From a virus (lineage: Duplodnaviria; Caudoviricetes), in the IMG/VR virus record IMGVR_UViG_3300037067_003771, positions 1 to 64,000 of that record: a DNA stretch of 64,000 nucleotides; one strand, given 5' to 3'. Shown piece after piece: positions 1-9,573 of this stretch. Each line of letters opens with the position of its first letter. Within the stretch, counting starts at the first letter, position 1. The position numbers were made by a program, and so were the translations under genes. A model generated the notes under the pieces. It had not been told where the DNA came from, did not search any database, and saw nothing but the letters and a program-made list of their open reading frames with translations.

Positions 1-1397
1 TTAGGAACATATATCCCCTTTGCACCGTCAATTAATATTTCTCTGTCATAATTATCTTCATCATCTTCTTTTATTGTTTTGCACTCTTCTATATCTTCTT
101 CAGTTTCACCACCAATTAATTTTTCTAATTTGTCATCAATTGAATTTAATCTTTCTTCAATATCAGACCATTTTATTGTTGGTTCTTCTTCAGTTTCTAT
201 TTCATCATTTTCTTCTTCTTTAATAACAACATCATTTTCATACACACCACTTGTCCATGCTCCTGCTCTAACACGAATTTCATTAGGATATAATTCTTTT
301 ATTTTATCAAATAACTCAGTTTTAATATATCTTCCTTCTTCATCTGTTAATGATTCATATCCTTGTTCATAACCATCTTCATCTTTTTTTACTTTATCTA
401 CATAAACAGGAAAATAATTATCATCCTCTTCAACATGAGCAACCAAATCAAATGTGTTGTTTCTATTAAATTTATCTGCTTTTGCAATCAATTCATCATA
501 TTTATCTCTATTTGACCACTTGTTATCATCATCAGCAATATCTTGATCTGTCCAATCTTCTTTATCTTCTCTCATATCATCAGTAACATCTTCAGGAGAC
601 AGATAATATTTATTAACATAAACCATTTCAAAGGTATCACCTTCTTGATGTCCTTGTTGTCCTCTAGGTAAAAAATTACCACGTCCTTCTGTTAATTCTT
701 CAGATTCATTTTTATTTTTTAATTTTTTATTAATTGCATCAACTAAATCCGAATAAACAGATTCAGGATACCAATTATCAAATGCGATTTTTCCACTATC
801 ATATTTTATCCAACTATCAGAAACCTCACTTGAACCTCCAGCAACATTTTCACCAGCATTTGGAAATTCAATATCAATATAACCAGATTTTCTTGATGGT
901 TTAACATCAATTTTTGTTATTTTAAAATTGTCAAATTCTTTTTCAATATCTTCATCTGACTCATATTTATTGTCCTCTTCCACAATTTCTTCTTTAACTT
1001 TTTTAGGTCTGCCTCTTCCTTTTTTTACAACAGGTGTTGCAGATTCTTCTTCGACTTCCAAATCAGGAATAGAAATATTCATTGGTTTTTTATAACCGGA
1101 ATCAGAATTTGTGTTTTCATTATTATTAATGATAATTTTTATTTGTGCTTCATCAATCTTAGAAATTTTTTCTACGATTTCATTATAATTTTCTTCAACA
1201 TAATCTCTGTCTACGCCATTGAAATTAATCTTACCGGATACAAATTCATCCAATTTAATTTTGGCAACATTTTTAGATGTAAATTCATCGGAAAATGACT
1301 CTTTAATAATAACATCCAATTTTTTATTTTTTTCTTCAATTAATTTCTTAATTGAACTAACATCTTCATCTCTGCCTAAAAGGTCTAAAAACTTCAT
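1..1397 (-). CDS. Acidic multi-domain hypothetical protein with AT-hook-like motif, truncated at window edge
   Basis: Not in the ORF track because it has no stop in the window. ATG at 1397 behind AGGAG; reads MKFLDLLGRDED...KKGRGRPKK...GAKGIYVP to base 1. Confidence 0.75.
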   Translation of the reverse strand, partial: MKFLDLLGRDEDVSSIKKLIEEKNKKLDVIIKESFSDEFTSKNVAKIKLDEFVSGKINFNGVDRDYVEENYNEIVEKISKIDEAQIKIIINNNENTNSDSGYKKPMNISIPDLEVEEESATPVVKKGRGRPKKVKEEIVEEDNKYESDEDIEKEFDNFKITKIDVKPSRKSGYIDIEFPNAGENVAGGSSEVSDSWIKYDSGKIAFDNWYPESVYSDLVDAINKKLKNKNESEELTEGRGNFLPRGQQGHQEGDTFEMVYVNKYYLSPEDVTDDMREDKEDWTDQDIADDDNKWSNRDKYDELIAKADKFNRNNTFDLVAHVEEDDNYFPVYVDKVKKDEDGYEQGYESLTDEEGRYIKTELFDKIKELYPNEIRVRAGAWTSGVYENDVVIKEEENDEIETEEEPTIKWSDIEERLNSIDDKLEKLIGGETEEDIEECKTIKEDDEDNYDREILIDGAKGIYVP

Positions 1398-1454
1398 TTT
1401 GTTCTCCTATCATAAAACATAATAATATATATTAATGACTATTTTAAATCAAGA

Positions 1455-1580
1455 TTAAAATGATAATTCTTTTAAATCTTCATTATCATCTAATTCTTCA
1501 TCTTTTATCCCAAATAAATCTTGGAAATCTTCAAAATCCTCAACATCGTCAATATTTTTTTCAAATTTTTCATCAATCAT
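1455..1580 (-). CDS. Small acidic hypothetical protein (41 aa)
   Basis: MIDEKFEKNIDDVEDF...; AAGGA RBS and TATAAATA just upstream. Confidence 0.45.
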   Translation of the reverse strand: MIDEKFEKNIDDVEDFEDFQDLFGIKDEELDDNEDLKELSF

Positions 1581-1602
1581 AAACTTTTCCTTTTTATATA
1601 AG

Positions 1603-1610
1603 TATTTATA
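1603..1610 (-). promoter_or_regulatory. T4-type late promoter
   Basis: Intergenic TATAAATA (TATAAATACTT) on the minus strand. Confidence 0.7.
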
Positions 1611-1621
1611 TATTTTAATTA

Positions 1622-1993
1622 TTATTTGGTCATAAACAGATTAACTTTATGTGAAATAGTCCAGTTATTTTTCTCTTTAAAAGGAAGAACATAAACAAAT
1701 AAATTGTGAGGCTGGATATCATTTTCATCAACATCAATCAATCCCCACTGTTTTAAACAATATGCAATAGCATTTCTTCTTTGTATATCTTGATCTGACA
1801 CGTTATTATAACCATTATCGCGTTTTAGCATAAACAGTTGTTTAAAATGAACAAGAAAATATTCTTCATTTTCAACAAACAAATAGCATGAAGGGTATAG
1901 TATTTTTTCTTTTTTATTTACTATACCAATTCTTGATAGAGATTCTTTTAAAACCTTTTCATCAGTTAATAATTTAATTTTAAGTAATTCCAT
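1622..1993 (-). CDS. regA: Translational repressor RegA
   Basis: KESLSRIGIVNKKEKILYPSCYL...VHFKQLF...RRNAIAYCLKQWGLI aligns by eye with T4 RegA (KETLTRMGIANNKDKVLYQSCHIL...VHFKEM...RRDSIAWLLEDWGLI). Confidence 0.92.
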   Translation of the reverse strand: MELLKIKLLTDEKVLKESLSRIGIVNKKEKILYPSCYLFVENEEYFLVHFKQLFMLKRDNGYNNVSDQDIQRRNAIAYCLKQWGLIDVDENDIQPHNLFVYVLPFKEKNNWTISHKVNLFMTK

Positions 1994-2022
1994 AATTTGT
2001 CCTTTTCAAATATTCATTTTAT

Positions 2023-2412
2023 TTATTCTTCTCTAGTTAACAAACTATTACATCTCACGCCATAACCTAATGCACTAGGATTAGTACAAGCTGAACTTAA
2101 TAAATTGCCTATTGTTCCATTTTGTAAAATACAGTTTGGTGGATAAACAGAATTATTATTACACACAAAAACAATAGAATTATCGGCAGATGTTTGATTT
2201 ATAATAGTATCTTCAGGTCTAGTAACAAAGGTACAAGTAGAACTCCATTCAGATTCATTTCCGTATTGAGGTTCTATTGATTTCACTCGCCAGTAATATG
2301 TTGTATAATATTCAAGATTAGAAAAAGTATCATATGCTACTGTTTCTACAATATCATTTATTACTAATTCATGAAAATCTTGATATAATGAAACCTGAAC
2401 TTTATAATACAT
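2023..2412 (-). CDS. Fibronectin type III-like fragment plus Cys-rich tail, probable virion protein
   Basis: YKVQVS...F...LEYYTTYYWRVKS...SEWS...F.T FN3 pattern; ATG overlaps the upstream stop (TAATG). Confidence 0.65.
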   Translation of the reverse strand: MYYKVQVSLYQDFHELVINDIVETVAYDTFSNLEYYTTYYWRVKSIEPQYGNESEWSSTCTFVTRPEDTIINQTSADNSIVFVCNNNSVYPPNCILQNGTIGNLLSSACTNPSALGYGVRCNSLLTREE

Positions 2413-3041
2413 TAAGACCAACTTCCTGATGTAGTTAATGAAACCGCACTAGTTCCACATGGAGTACCTATTGTTGGTGTATCTGGTAATGTATTTCCAA
2501 TCATTGGATTTAATTGCTGATATTCAATTTCTTCATATGAAAAATTTGTTGTAAAAGTAACTTCACTAGAATCACCCATCTGCAAAGAAACTGAACTCAA
2601 ATTTAATAAAAACGCATTTGTAAAAATCATATTAACACTAGGCCGTTTTTGATTATCTAACAAAGTTAATATAATTTTTTTTATATTATATTCCCTAATT
2701 AATCCGTCATAATCGGCATTTAATTCCCCATATTTTAGTTGTTTCATCCATTTAAATAAATAAAGATAATTCAACATATCTTCTGATAATTTAAATTCAA
2801 TTTGAACTTGAGATAAGTCTTTATTTTTCCACATTCCCCCTTGAGGGTGTCTAACTCTAAACCCACCAGTCATATCAGAATATATTTCGCCCATATTATA
2901 ATCCGGAAGAATAAAACTCTTAACATAACTATCATAATATTTCATATCATTTAAATCAATAACAGTTGGAATATTACTAAATGTAATTTTCCAACTATCA
3001 TTTCTAAATGTATTAGGAAATGCACGATATGGAGTAGACAT
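2412..3041 (-). CDS. Tail completion / tube terminator, T4 gp3-like
   Basis: KSFILPDYNMG, IEFKLSEDMLNYLYLFKW, LTLLDN, FTNAF..LSSV..F.Y pattern. Confidence 0.7.
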   Translation of the reverse strand: MSTPYRAFPNTFRNDSWKITFSNIPTVIDLNDMKYYDSYVKSFILPDYNMGEIYSDMTGGFRVRHPQGGMWKNKDLSQVQIEFKLSEDMLNYLYLFKWMKQLKYGELNADYDGLIREYNIKKIILTLLDNQKRPSVNMIFTNAFLLNLSSVSLQMGDSSEVTFTTNFSYEEIEYQQLNPMIGNTLPDTPTIGTPCGTSAVSLTTSGSWS

Positions 3042-3526
3042 TAATTATCTTTCTTTATCAACGGTTTTAATGCAAGATATATTTTTTTGCTAATATTATC
3101 AGGAAAATATTTAAAATCAATTTGTTCAAGATCAACATCAATTTCAGAATTTAATAACTCTTTATACTCAGCAACATCTTTTTTTCTTACTTCAGTAACA
3201 TCATTATATTCTAAATCAAGATTTTTAAATTCATCTTGTATCTGATCTTTATATCTTTCGTCAATTTTTATATAATCATTATCTATAATAAACTCATCAT
3301 CATCATTTCTTTCAGCATATTTTTTAATTATTTGATCTCTCAATTTTTCATATTCAAGATATTCATCTTTTGGTTTTGATACACTCAATATGGCCGAAAC
3401 TACATTTTTTATCTTTTCTTCAGTTTCAGTTATAAGATAAACAAACCACTTACTATAATCAGAAGTGTTTGATAAACTTTTGATTGCAAAATAGACATTC
3501 AACAAATCTTTTCTTTTAATAAACAT
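3041..3526 (-). CDS. Hypothetical helical protein, possible fibre-associated chaperone
   Basis: 161-aa ORF directly after a fibre gene; resembles the C-terminal half of 18465..19580. Confidence 0.55.
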   Translation of the reverse strand: MFIKRKDLLNVYFAIKSLSNTSDYSKWFVYLITETEEKIKNVVSAILSVSKPKDEYLEYEKLRDQIIKKYAERNDDDEFIIDNDYIKIDERYKDQIQDEFKNLDLEYNDVTEVRKKDVAEYKELLNSEIDVDLEQIDFKYFPDNISKKIYLALKPLIKKDN

Positions 3527-3554
3527 AAACAGACCCTTTCAATTAAAATTGTTT

Positions 3555-6251
3555 TTATGTACGTTCAGTATAACCCAATGACTCTAAATCTTTACTATCT
3601 AATCCTTGTTTTGATACATTAAATGTAAAAGATGCTTTTTTAGAAACAGCAAAACCAGACGGTTTTTGATAAATAACATCAAAATTAACACCAGCATCTC
3701 CTTTTAAATTGAATCTATTATATGTTGTATCATAAGTAAATATACCTTTAACATTAGTCCCATGATTTACTAGTGTACAATTTTCAGTAACATAATTATA
3801 AGAAACAGATTCAAATTTTAATGGGCCAGAAATTCCTTTAAATTTATCAATACTAAAATAAAATAAATCATATGGTATTGCAGAAGGTTTTCTACTATCT
3901 AATGTCACAATAAGTTTATTTAAATCTTCTTTTAAGTCACAAGTAATAACACCTTGTCCTGATATAGAATTATATCTTAATATAACATTCACAAAATTCA
4001 AAATAAAATTTTCACCAACTGATACATAAGGAACAATAACATTTGCGTTGTCATAAAAATCATTACCTTCAATTGTTATACTAAAATCTTGTCCTAAATA
4101 TTCTCCACCTGTATTTGTTAAAAATATATTGTTTGCATAAATTGTATTAACAGGAGAAATTTGTGACCCAATATTATTTATAGTACCTTCAATATCACCA
4201 CCATCGATAATGACACCATTACTTATTGATATTTTTCCCAATGCTGGTAAGTAAATATTATTAGCGTATAAATTATTTAAATATCCTTTATCAACAAAAA
4301 ATCCACCATCAGCACCTAAATTTGTTAAATATAATGTTCTCCATTTAGATGTTATACTTCCAAGATTTAATGTTGCTGTGTTTGGAATAAAACTAGTGTC
4401 GCACGTAAGAGCATTAGAACGCTCTGTGGACGATGATTTGGAATAACCTATGTGTTCTACCCATAACTTCTTATAGCCTCTATAAAGTGCCCCTATGTCA
4501 TCCCTATTGTGTTTTAAAGGAAGGACGTTACCATATGTGTGAATATTTCTACCGGCAACAAATAAAATGTCTTTATCTACTCCTAAATAATCAGAAATGT
4601 CAGTATCATCTTGTTCTGTCAAATTCCAAATTCTATTAATAATTTCTTCAGAAGTTGCCCAATCAACATCAGCATATTCATCATTTAATGTAATAAGATG
4701 AATATCATTTAAACTTCTTATTAATAAATCAGATTGGTGTGTTGCAGTTCCAACACCATCACTAGCACTTGTTCTATATGAAGAAATGTTTCCATAAAAA
4801 TATTTTGTGTTGGGAATTGATGTTAGATATTTATTATCACCATCAGTTGTGATCATTGCGGAACTATAATAAGGCCCACACATTACATCAGAATTATAAA
4901 ATCCAGCTTTATTATCACCAGCATTTATTTTAATATAGAACCCATCAAAGTTTTCACTTGTTAATATATCGTCAATTGAATCATCAAACATTTCTAATTT
5001 ATCCGATAATATTAAATGATTCCACCTATTTGATGCAGAAGAATTATATGTCCCCAATCCAAAATCTTTATCATATTTTGGAATAACAGAAAATACATTA
5101 TAAGGATTTAAATTAGAACATTGCCCATACATATCAAATGCAAAATCACCATCTGCATTTGTTCTCATTAATGTTCTTATTCTACTCTCATCTGTATTTA
5201 CATATTGCAAACATAATTGATCTAAATCAGATTCTTCACTTTGATTAACTTTATTTACTCTTTCAAAAGTAGAAACTAACATTTTCGCTACACCTGGAGA
5301 ATCCGCAGATAATATTGCAGACCTATCATCCAAACCTAATCTGTTGCTAACATAAACAGACCCATCATAAAGTAAACCATATTGTCCATCTTCATTTGAC
5401 ACTCTTTGCCAGTAATCTGCACTACTACTAAAGAAAATATCTTCAAAGTTTGCGCTCACCGCTTGACAATCAATTTGAAAATCTAATACAAATTCACCAA
5501 CAGAAAAATTTGTTGATGATGCAACAGAAGAATTTAATATTTGTGTTTCCGGAATTATTACTTGAGCAAAAAGTGTCGGTTCTCCTGTAACTATCATATC
5601 TCCTGTATATTTTACAGTAAAAAGTGCTAGTTTATTAAACTTAATTTGATTATTATTATCCGTTCTAACAACAACTTTAAAATTTGCTCTACTATCTCCT
5701 GATGTAACTACTTGTTGATATGATACACCTCGATATAAATAGTTTTCATCTGGATTTACTAATGATTGTGGGCCAAATGCGGCAGATGTTAACCCTGATG
5801 TCGCATAATAATCATCTGATAGATACCAAGATGCACCTAAAGAACCTGGAGACAAAACATCATTTGCTGTAAAATATGATCCCACAGCACTAGTATTATA
5901 TGTATTGATTTTTAATCCATTTTCATGAACATAATTTGTCAATTCATATCCAATACCTGATGTTGATATAGATTCATTTCCAGTATTGACAATATAATCT
6001 TCAGAATTTGAAATTGCATATGTTCCTGAACAATTCCACAATATTTCTCCTTGTGGATATAAGTCTGATGCTGATGTATAAAGACTAACATCATTAGATG
6101 CGGAATAATCAGCATTCACTAATCCCAATGATTGATCTAATCTCCAATCATAAATAGGAACATAATATTGAATACTTATAAACACACCTTCACTTGCGGC
6201 ACTATTTATTTCGTTCAATCCGGCACTTGTTATCATTGCATAATTTGGCAT
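3555..6251 (-). CDS. Baseplate-attached tail fibre protein
   Basis: N-terminal MITSAGLNEI resembles fibre/baseplate attachment domains; repeated shaft motifs (e.g. PNTATLNLGSITSKWRTLYL); follows the gp7-like gene. Confidence 0.65.
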   Translation of the reverse strand: MPNYAMITSAGLNEINSAASEGVFISIQYYVPIYDWRLDQSLGLVNADYSASNDVSLYTSASDLYPQGEILWNCSGTYAISNSEDYIVNTGNESISTSGIGYELTNYVHENGLKINTYNTSAVGSYFTANDVLSPGSLGASWYLSDDYYATSGLTSAAFGPQSLVNPDENYLYRGVSYQQVVTSGDSRANFKVVVRTDNNNQIKFNKLALFTVKYTGDMIVTGEPTLFAQVIIPETQILNSSVASSTNFSVGEFVLDFQIDCQAVSANFEDIFFSSSADYWQRVSNEDGQYGLLYDGSVYVSNRLGLDDRSAILSADSPGVAKMLVSTFERVNKVNQSEESDLDQLCLQYVNTDESRIRTLMRTNADGDFAFDMYGQCSNLNPYNVFSVIPKYDKDFGLGTYNSSASNRWNHLILSDKLEMFDDSIDDILTSENFDGFYIKINAGDNKAGFYNSDVMCGPYYSSAMITTDGDNKYLTSIPNTKYFYGNISSYRTSASDGVGTATHQSDLLIRSLNDIHLITLNDEYADVDWATSEEIINRIWNLTEQDDTDISDYLGVDKDILFVAGRNIHTYGNVLPLKHNRDDIGALYRGYKKLWVEHIGYSKSSSTERSNALTCDTSFIPNTATLNLGSITSKWRTLYLTNLGADGGFFVDKGYLNNLYANNIYLPALGKISISNGVIIDGGDIEGTINNIGSQISPVNTIYANNIFLTNTGGEYLGQDFSITIEGNDFYDNANVIVPYVSVGENFILNFVNVILRYNSISGQGVITCDLKEDLNKLIVTLDSRKPSAIPYDLFYFSIDKFKGISGPLKFESVSYNYVTENCTLVNHGTNVKGIFTYDTTYNRFNLKGDAGVNFDVIYQKPSGFAVSKKASFTFNVSKQGLDSKDLESLGYTERT

Positions 6252-6270
6252 TTAAATCTCCGTTTATAAT

Positions 6271-6278
6271 TATTTATA
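6271..6278 (-). promoter_or_regulatory. T4-type late promoter
   Basis: Intergenic TATAAATA upstream of a GGAG RBS. Confidence 0.7.
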
Positions 6279-6285
6279 TATTTCA

Positions 6286-7446
6286 TCAAATATAAAAATC
6301 TGCATAACCATCAGATTTTAAAACTAAATGTTTTCTTGTTCTAACATAAGGTCTAACATACAATGTTGCATAAGCATTAAATTTTGCAGTAACACCATCA
6401 AAAACTTGATTAATTGCTTTTATTGATAATATAGCTTTACCAATTATATTTTGTTTTTCGACATCGATTGAATAATTTCCACTCTCTTCTAAATCATAAT
6501 ACAGCTTAAAATGTGGCGTTGAAAAATAATTATCTGGAATATCAGATATATCTTCAACTAAAGATTCTATATTTAAATTTGTCGTTTGCCAATTGTCACC
6601 AAAACCTTTTTGTAATGCCTTTAATGTTTCCCAAAACTTTTGTCTATTATATTTAAATTCTTCCCATTGTGATAATATACATTTTATCTCTTGAATCTCC
6701 TGAAAACTCATCCCAGGTTTAATTAAATATGGAGATAATGAATCAATACTATTTATTCCTTGTTTGTCCATGTAATCTAATGTATAATAATAAACAAAAT
6801 CACCAACTAAACCAAAACTATACATTGCTAATTTTATTGCTGATCTCGTGCCTTTTATTTCATACCAAGTAGATAAATTATTCATTAAAAATCTTAAATA
6901 TTTTTTCTGATTTGCTTCCTCATTTCCACCAACATAATCATAACCCACATTATCTCTACTTAAATCAACATTATCAAATCCTAAATTAGAACCATAAAAT
7001 TGTATAAGTTCTATCGGTATATAATCCGGATCAACTAATTCTGTTAATCTTTGTATCTTTTCTAAAATAGATATTTCTTTTGTGTTTATTAAACAACTTC
7101 CTGACAAATCAATAATTTTTACATCATTGGCCGGTGTATCTAAACTTATTGCTGATGTTGCTGACACAATATAACTGTTATGCTCATATGAATGTTCAAC
7201 CGCTGATAATGAACACGCAGATGTCATGCAATATGTTATGTCTAAATCTTGAGCACTTAAACCATATGAACGATCTCCATCATACATCTCATTTAAATAT
7301 TCCTCAAAAACTTCAACTAATTTTTCTGTGTCCGTGTTGTTAATATATTCAGGAAGATAAGATACTAAATCTATCTGTTTATCTTGACCAATTCTAGTAA
7401 CTTCTGGCCCATATAATGTAATAAACGATCTTTTTATTTCAGCCAT
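6286..7446 (-). CDS. Baseplate wedge protein (T4 gp7 / P2 gpI-like)
   Basis: LVSYLPEY; LVDPDYIP..LI..YG..LG; WYEIKGTRSAIKL (KGT motif). Confidence 0.7.
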   Translation of the reverse strand: MAEIKRSFITLYGPEVTRIGQDKQIDLVSYLPEYINNTDTEKLVEVFEEYLNEMYDGDRSYGLSAQDLDITYCMTSACSLSAVEHSYEHNSYIVSATSAISLDTPANDVKIIDLSGSCLINTKEISILEKIQRLTELVDPDYIPIELIQFYGSNLGFDNVDLSRDNVGYDYVGGNEEANQKKYLRFLMNNLSTWYEIKGTRSAIKLAMYSFGLVGDFVYYYTLDYMDKQGINSIDSLSPYLIKPGMSFQEIQEIKCILSQWEEFKYNRQKFWETLKALQKGFGDNWQTTNLNIESLVEDISDIPDNYFSTPHFKLYYDLEESGNYSIDVEKQNIIGKAILSIKAINQVFDGVTAKFNAYATLYVRPYVRTRKHLVLKSDGYADFYI

Positions 7447-8779
7447 TATAATTCCTCATGTTATCAAAACTATTAAAAGTATTAAAATTTTTAATAGTTT
7501 TATTTATAAGGTTAATTCTTATTGGGTTCAACACAAACCCTCTATCCAATAGATCAGAAATAATCTTTTCATTTTGGATTACTTTTCTTAGGATATTAAT
7601 ACTACCATTAACATCAGCATTGATTAATTTTCCAGTATTACTTTGAAATAAACCACGTTTAATTCTTTTACCTAAATACTTTTCATGTTTCTTAATTGGT
7701 TCTAAAGCCAAGCTATCGCATTTAGAAGTATAAGATTCTTCATGAGTGATGACATTGATACCGACTTCATCAGCTTTGTATTTAATCATTGAAATTAATT
7801 TAGCGTGAGGAATATTAACAAAATTTTGATTATTTCTTTTGCCGATATTAATTTTATTTTTCCAATTTTTATTATAACCAATTACGACATTTTTAATTTT
7901 ATGTTCAATGCAATAGTTAATAATAAATCTTGAGGTTTGATGTAAATAATTCTGTATCTGATTGTTTCTTTTAAATGTTAATCTATTAATCTTGTTTGAA
8001 GTTCCTTTATCACCAACATATTTTTGAAGTTTAGATTTAATTTTATTATAGAAGTGATTTATGGATTTAATAATTTTACCATTTATAATGAAAGTTTTAC
8101 CTACATTATTTACACATGTAGCTAGATTATTTAATCCTAAATCTATACTTAAATAATTATTATTATTAAAATCTAATTCTTGTGGAGTTATGGTATACAC
8201 AACTTCAATTACATAACATGTAGCTTGAGGAATTATTCTAACTTGATTAATATTTTTAACTTTTGTCTTTAATGGTTTTAAATTAACCATTTTAGGAAAA
8301 TTAATATTACCATCATTAATTTTTAAAACTTGTGATGTAAATATTACAACATTTCTGCCTCCTGTCTTGTGTTTATACTTGGGTAAATTTGGTATACCTT
8401 TACATTCATTTGGATGTACATGATAATCCTTTATAGATTTAAAAAATGAATTCCAATTTTTATATAATAATTTTATTATTTGCTGTGAGGTCTGTGCTGG
8501 TAATGACCTATAATCCTTTTGATTTGTTTTAGCTAAATGTGTTGTTAATTTATATTCTTTAATCTTATAATATATTTTTTCTATCTCTTCATTGTCTTTA
8601 ATTTTCTTTATTGTAAAACTTTCAATCAAATTAATTATTTCAGGATCAAGATTATCATGACGGTTTATATATACCTGTCTAAGAATATAATTACAATAAT
8701 TATATAAATTCTTAGATAAAAAACACAATTCATCTAAATTTTTATCATTAATCTTTATGTGGCGTTCTGCTCTTTGCAT
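7439..8779 (-). CDS. tnpB: RNA-guided endonuclease TnpB (IS200/IS605 family)
   Basis: SKNLYNYCNY; LPAQTSQQ; RuvC-I SIDLGLNNLA; VIGYNKNWK; EESYTSK; RuvC-III INADVNGSINILRK. Confidence 0.93.
   Translation of the reverse strand: MQRAERHIKINDKNLDELCFLSKNLYNYCNYILRQVYINRHDNLDPEIINLIESFTIKKIKDNEEIEKIYYKIKEYKLTTHLAKTNQKDYRSLPAQTSQQIIKLLYKNWNSFFKSIKDYHVHPNECKGIPNLPKYKHKTGGRNVVIFTSQVLKINDGNINFPKMVNLKPLKTKVKNINQVRIIPQATCYVIEVVYTITPQELDFNNNNYLSIDLGLNNLATCVNNVGKTFIINGKIIKSINHFYNKIKSKLQKYVGDKGTSNKINRLTFKRNNQIQNYLHQTSRFIINYCIEHKIKNVVIGYNKNWKNKINIGKRNNQNFVNIPHAKLISMIKYKADEVGINVITHEESYTSKCDSLALEPIKKHEKYLGKRIKRGLFQSNTGKLINADVNGSINILRKVIQNEKIISDLLDRGFVLNPIRINLINKTIKNFNTFNSFDNMRNYNG
7501..7508 (-). promoter_or_regulatory. 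Possible late promoter inside the tnpB 3' end
   Basis: TATAAATA ~55 nt upstream of the gp7-like start. Confidence 0.45.
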
Positions 8780-8798
8780 ATTATGTTTACTTTTTAAT

Positions 8799-8806
8799 TA
8801 TTTATA
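8799..8806 (-). promoter_or_regulatory. T4-type late promoter for tnpB
   Basis: TATAAATA 20 nt upstream of the tnpB ATG. Confidence 0.6.
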
Positions 8807-8856
8807 TCTTCTAAAATTATTAAAATTTCCTAATAACATAACAATTAATATTTTTA

Positions 8857-9573
8857 TCACTTTTCTGCACTATAAAGCACTTCTAATTTAACATCATATT
8901 CTTGTCCATAAAATCCGCAATATATACATTCCGCTATATTTGATGCGCAACTAGCATAATCATTTGCTCCACTCGTTACTCCATAATCAAACCACCATCT
9001 ATATTCAGTAGGTTCATACAATCCTTCATATTTACCTTTTGGAATATGATTATAAACTTCAAATGTTACATATAAAGGATTCTCACCACTTACTGAAGTT
9101 GCACTAAATTGATAATCAAAATATTTTATTCCTGTTGCTATTTCTTCAGGAACTATTAATCTTAACGTTACAGGTATATAATTAGCAACACAATTTACTC
9201 CCGCTGATAATGTCGGAGTTAATGTTAATGTGGGAATAGTATATTCAGCAATACCATTTGTAAAATCCCCACCAAAATAAAATGCTCCAATATGACCTGT
9301 TCTAAATCCAGAAGTGCTTGTTTCTATTGAAAATTCAGAACCCAAAACTTCTTCATTATCATCGTCATCAATTATTTTTACAAAACAATGTTCTGCTTCT
9401 GGTTCACTTATTAACCAATTATATGATAAAATAGTCTCTGGATCTTCGTCACCCGAAACAGAATATAATTCTTCCCAAGTATCACCGCTTGTGCGAGATA
9501 AATATAGGGTGTTGGTTCCTAATCCTGTATACCAACTAAAATTATAATATTCACCTATATACAAAATTGACAT
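8857..9573 (-). CDS. Hypothetical virion protein (Ig/PKD-like)
   Basis: Beta-rich; YRWWFDYG PKD-like motif; within the fibre cluster. Confidence 0.5.
   Translation of the reverse strand: MSILYIGEYYNFSWYTGLGTNTLYLSRTSGDTWEELYSVSGDEDPETILSYNWLISEPEAEHCFVKIIDDDDNEEVLGSEFSIETSTSGFRTGHIGAFYFGGDFTNGIAEYTIPTLTLTPTLSAGVNCVANYIPVTLRLIVPEEIATGIKYFDYQFSATSVSGENPLYVTFEVYNHIPKGKYEGLYEPTEYRWWFDYGVTSGANDYASCASNIAECIYCGFYGQEYDVKLEVLYSAEK

Larger units (their letters stand above)
7461..8840 (-). mobile_element. IS1341-like (tnpB-only) insertion sequence
   Basis: tnpB without tnpA; 13-bp hairpin at the right end (7466-7501); related TATTA..AAATTTTAATA.TTTTA motif at the left end (~8812-8836). Boundaries approximate. 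Confidence 0.65.

Noticed and set aside
7439-8779. Cas12f/CRISPR system or IStron
   Set aside because: No repeat-spacer array or cas genes were seen; the element is intergenic with no room for an intron core.
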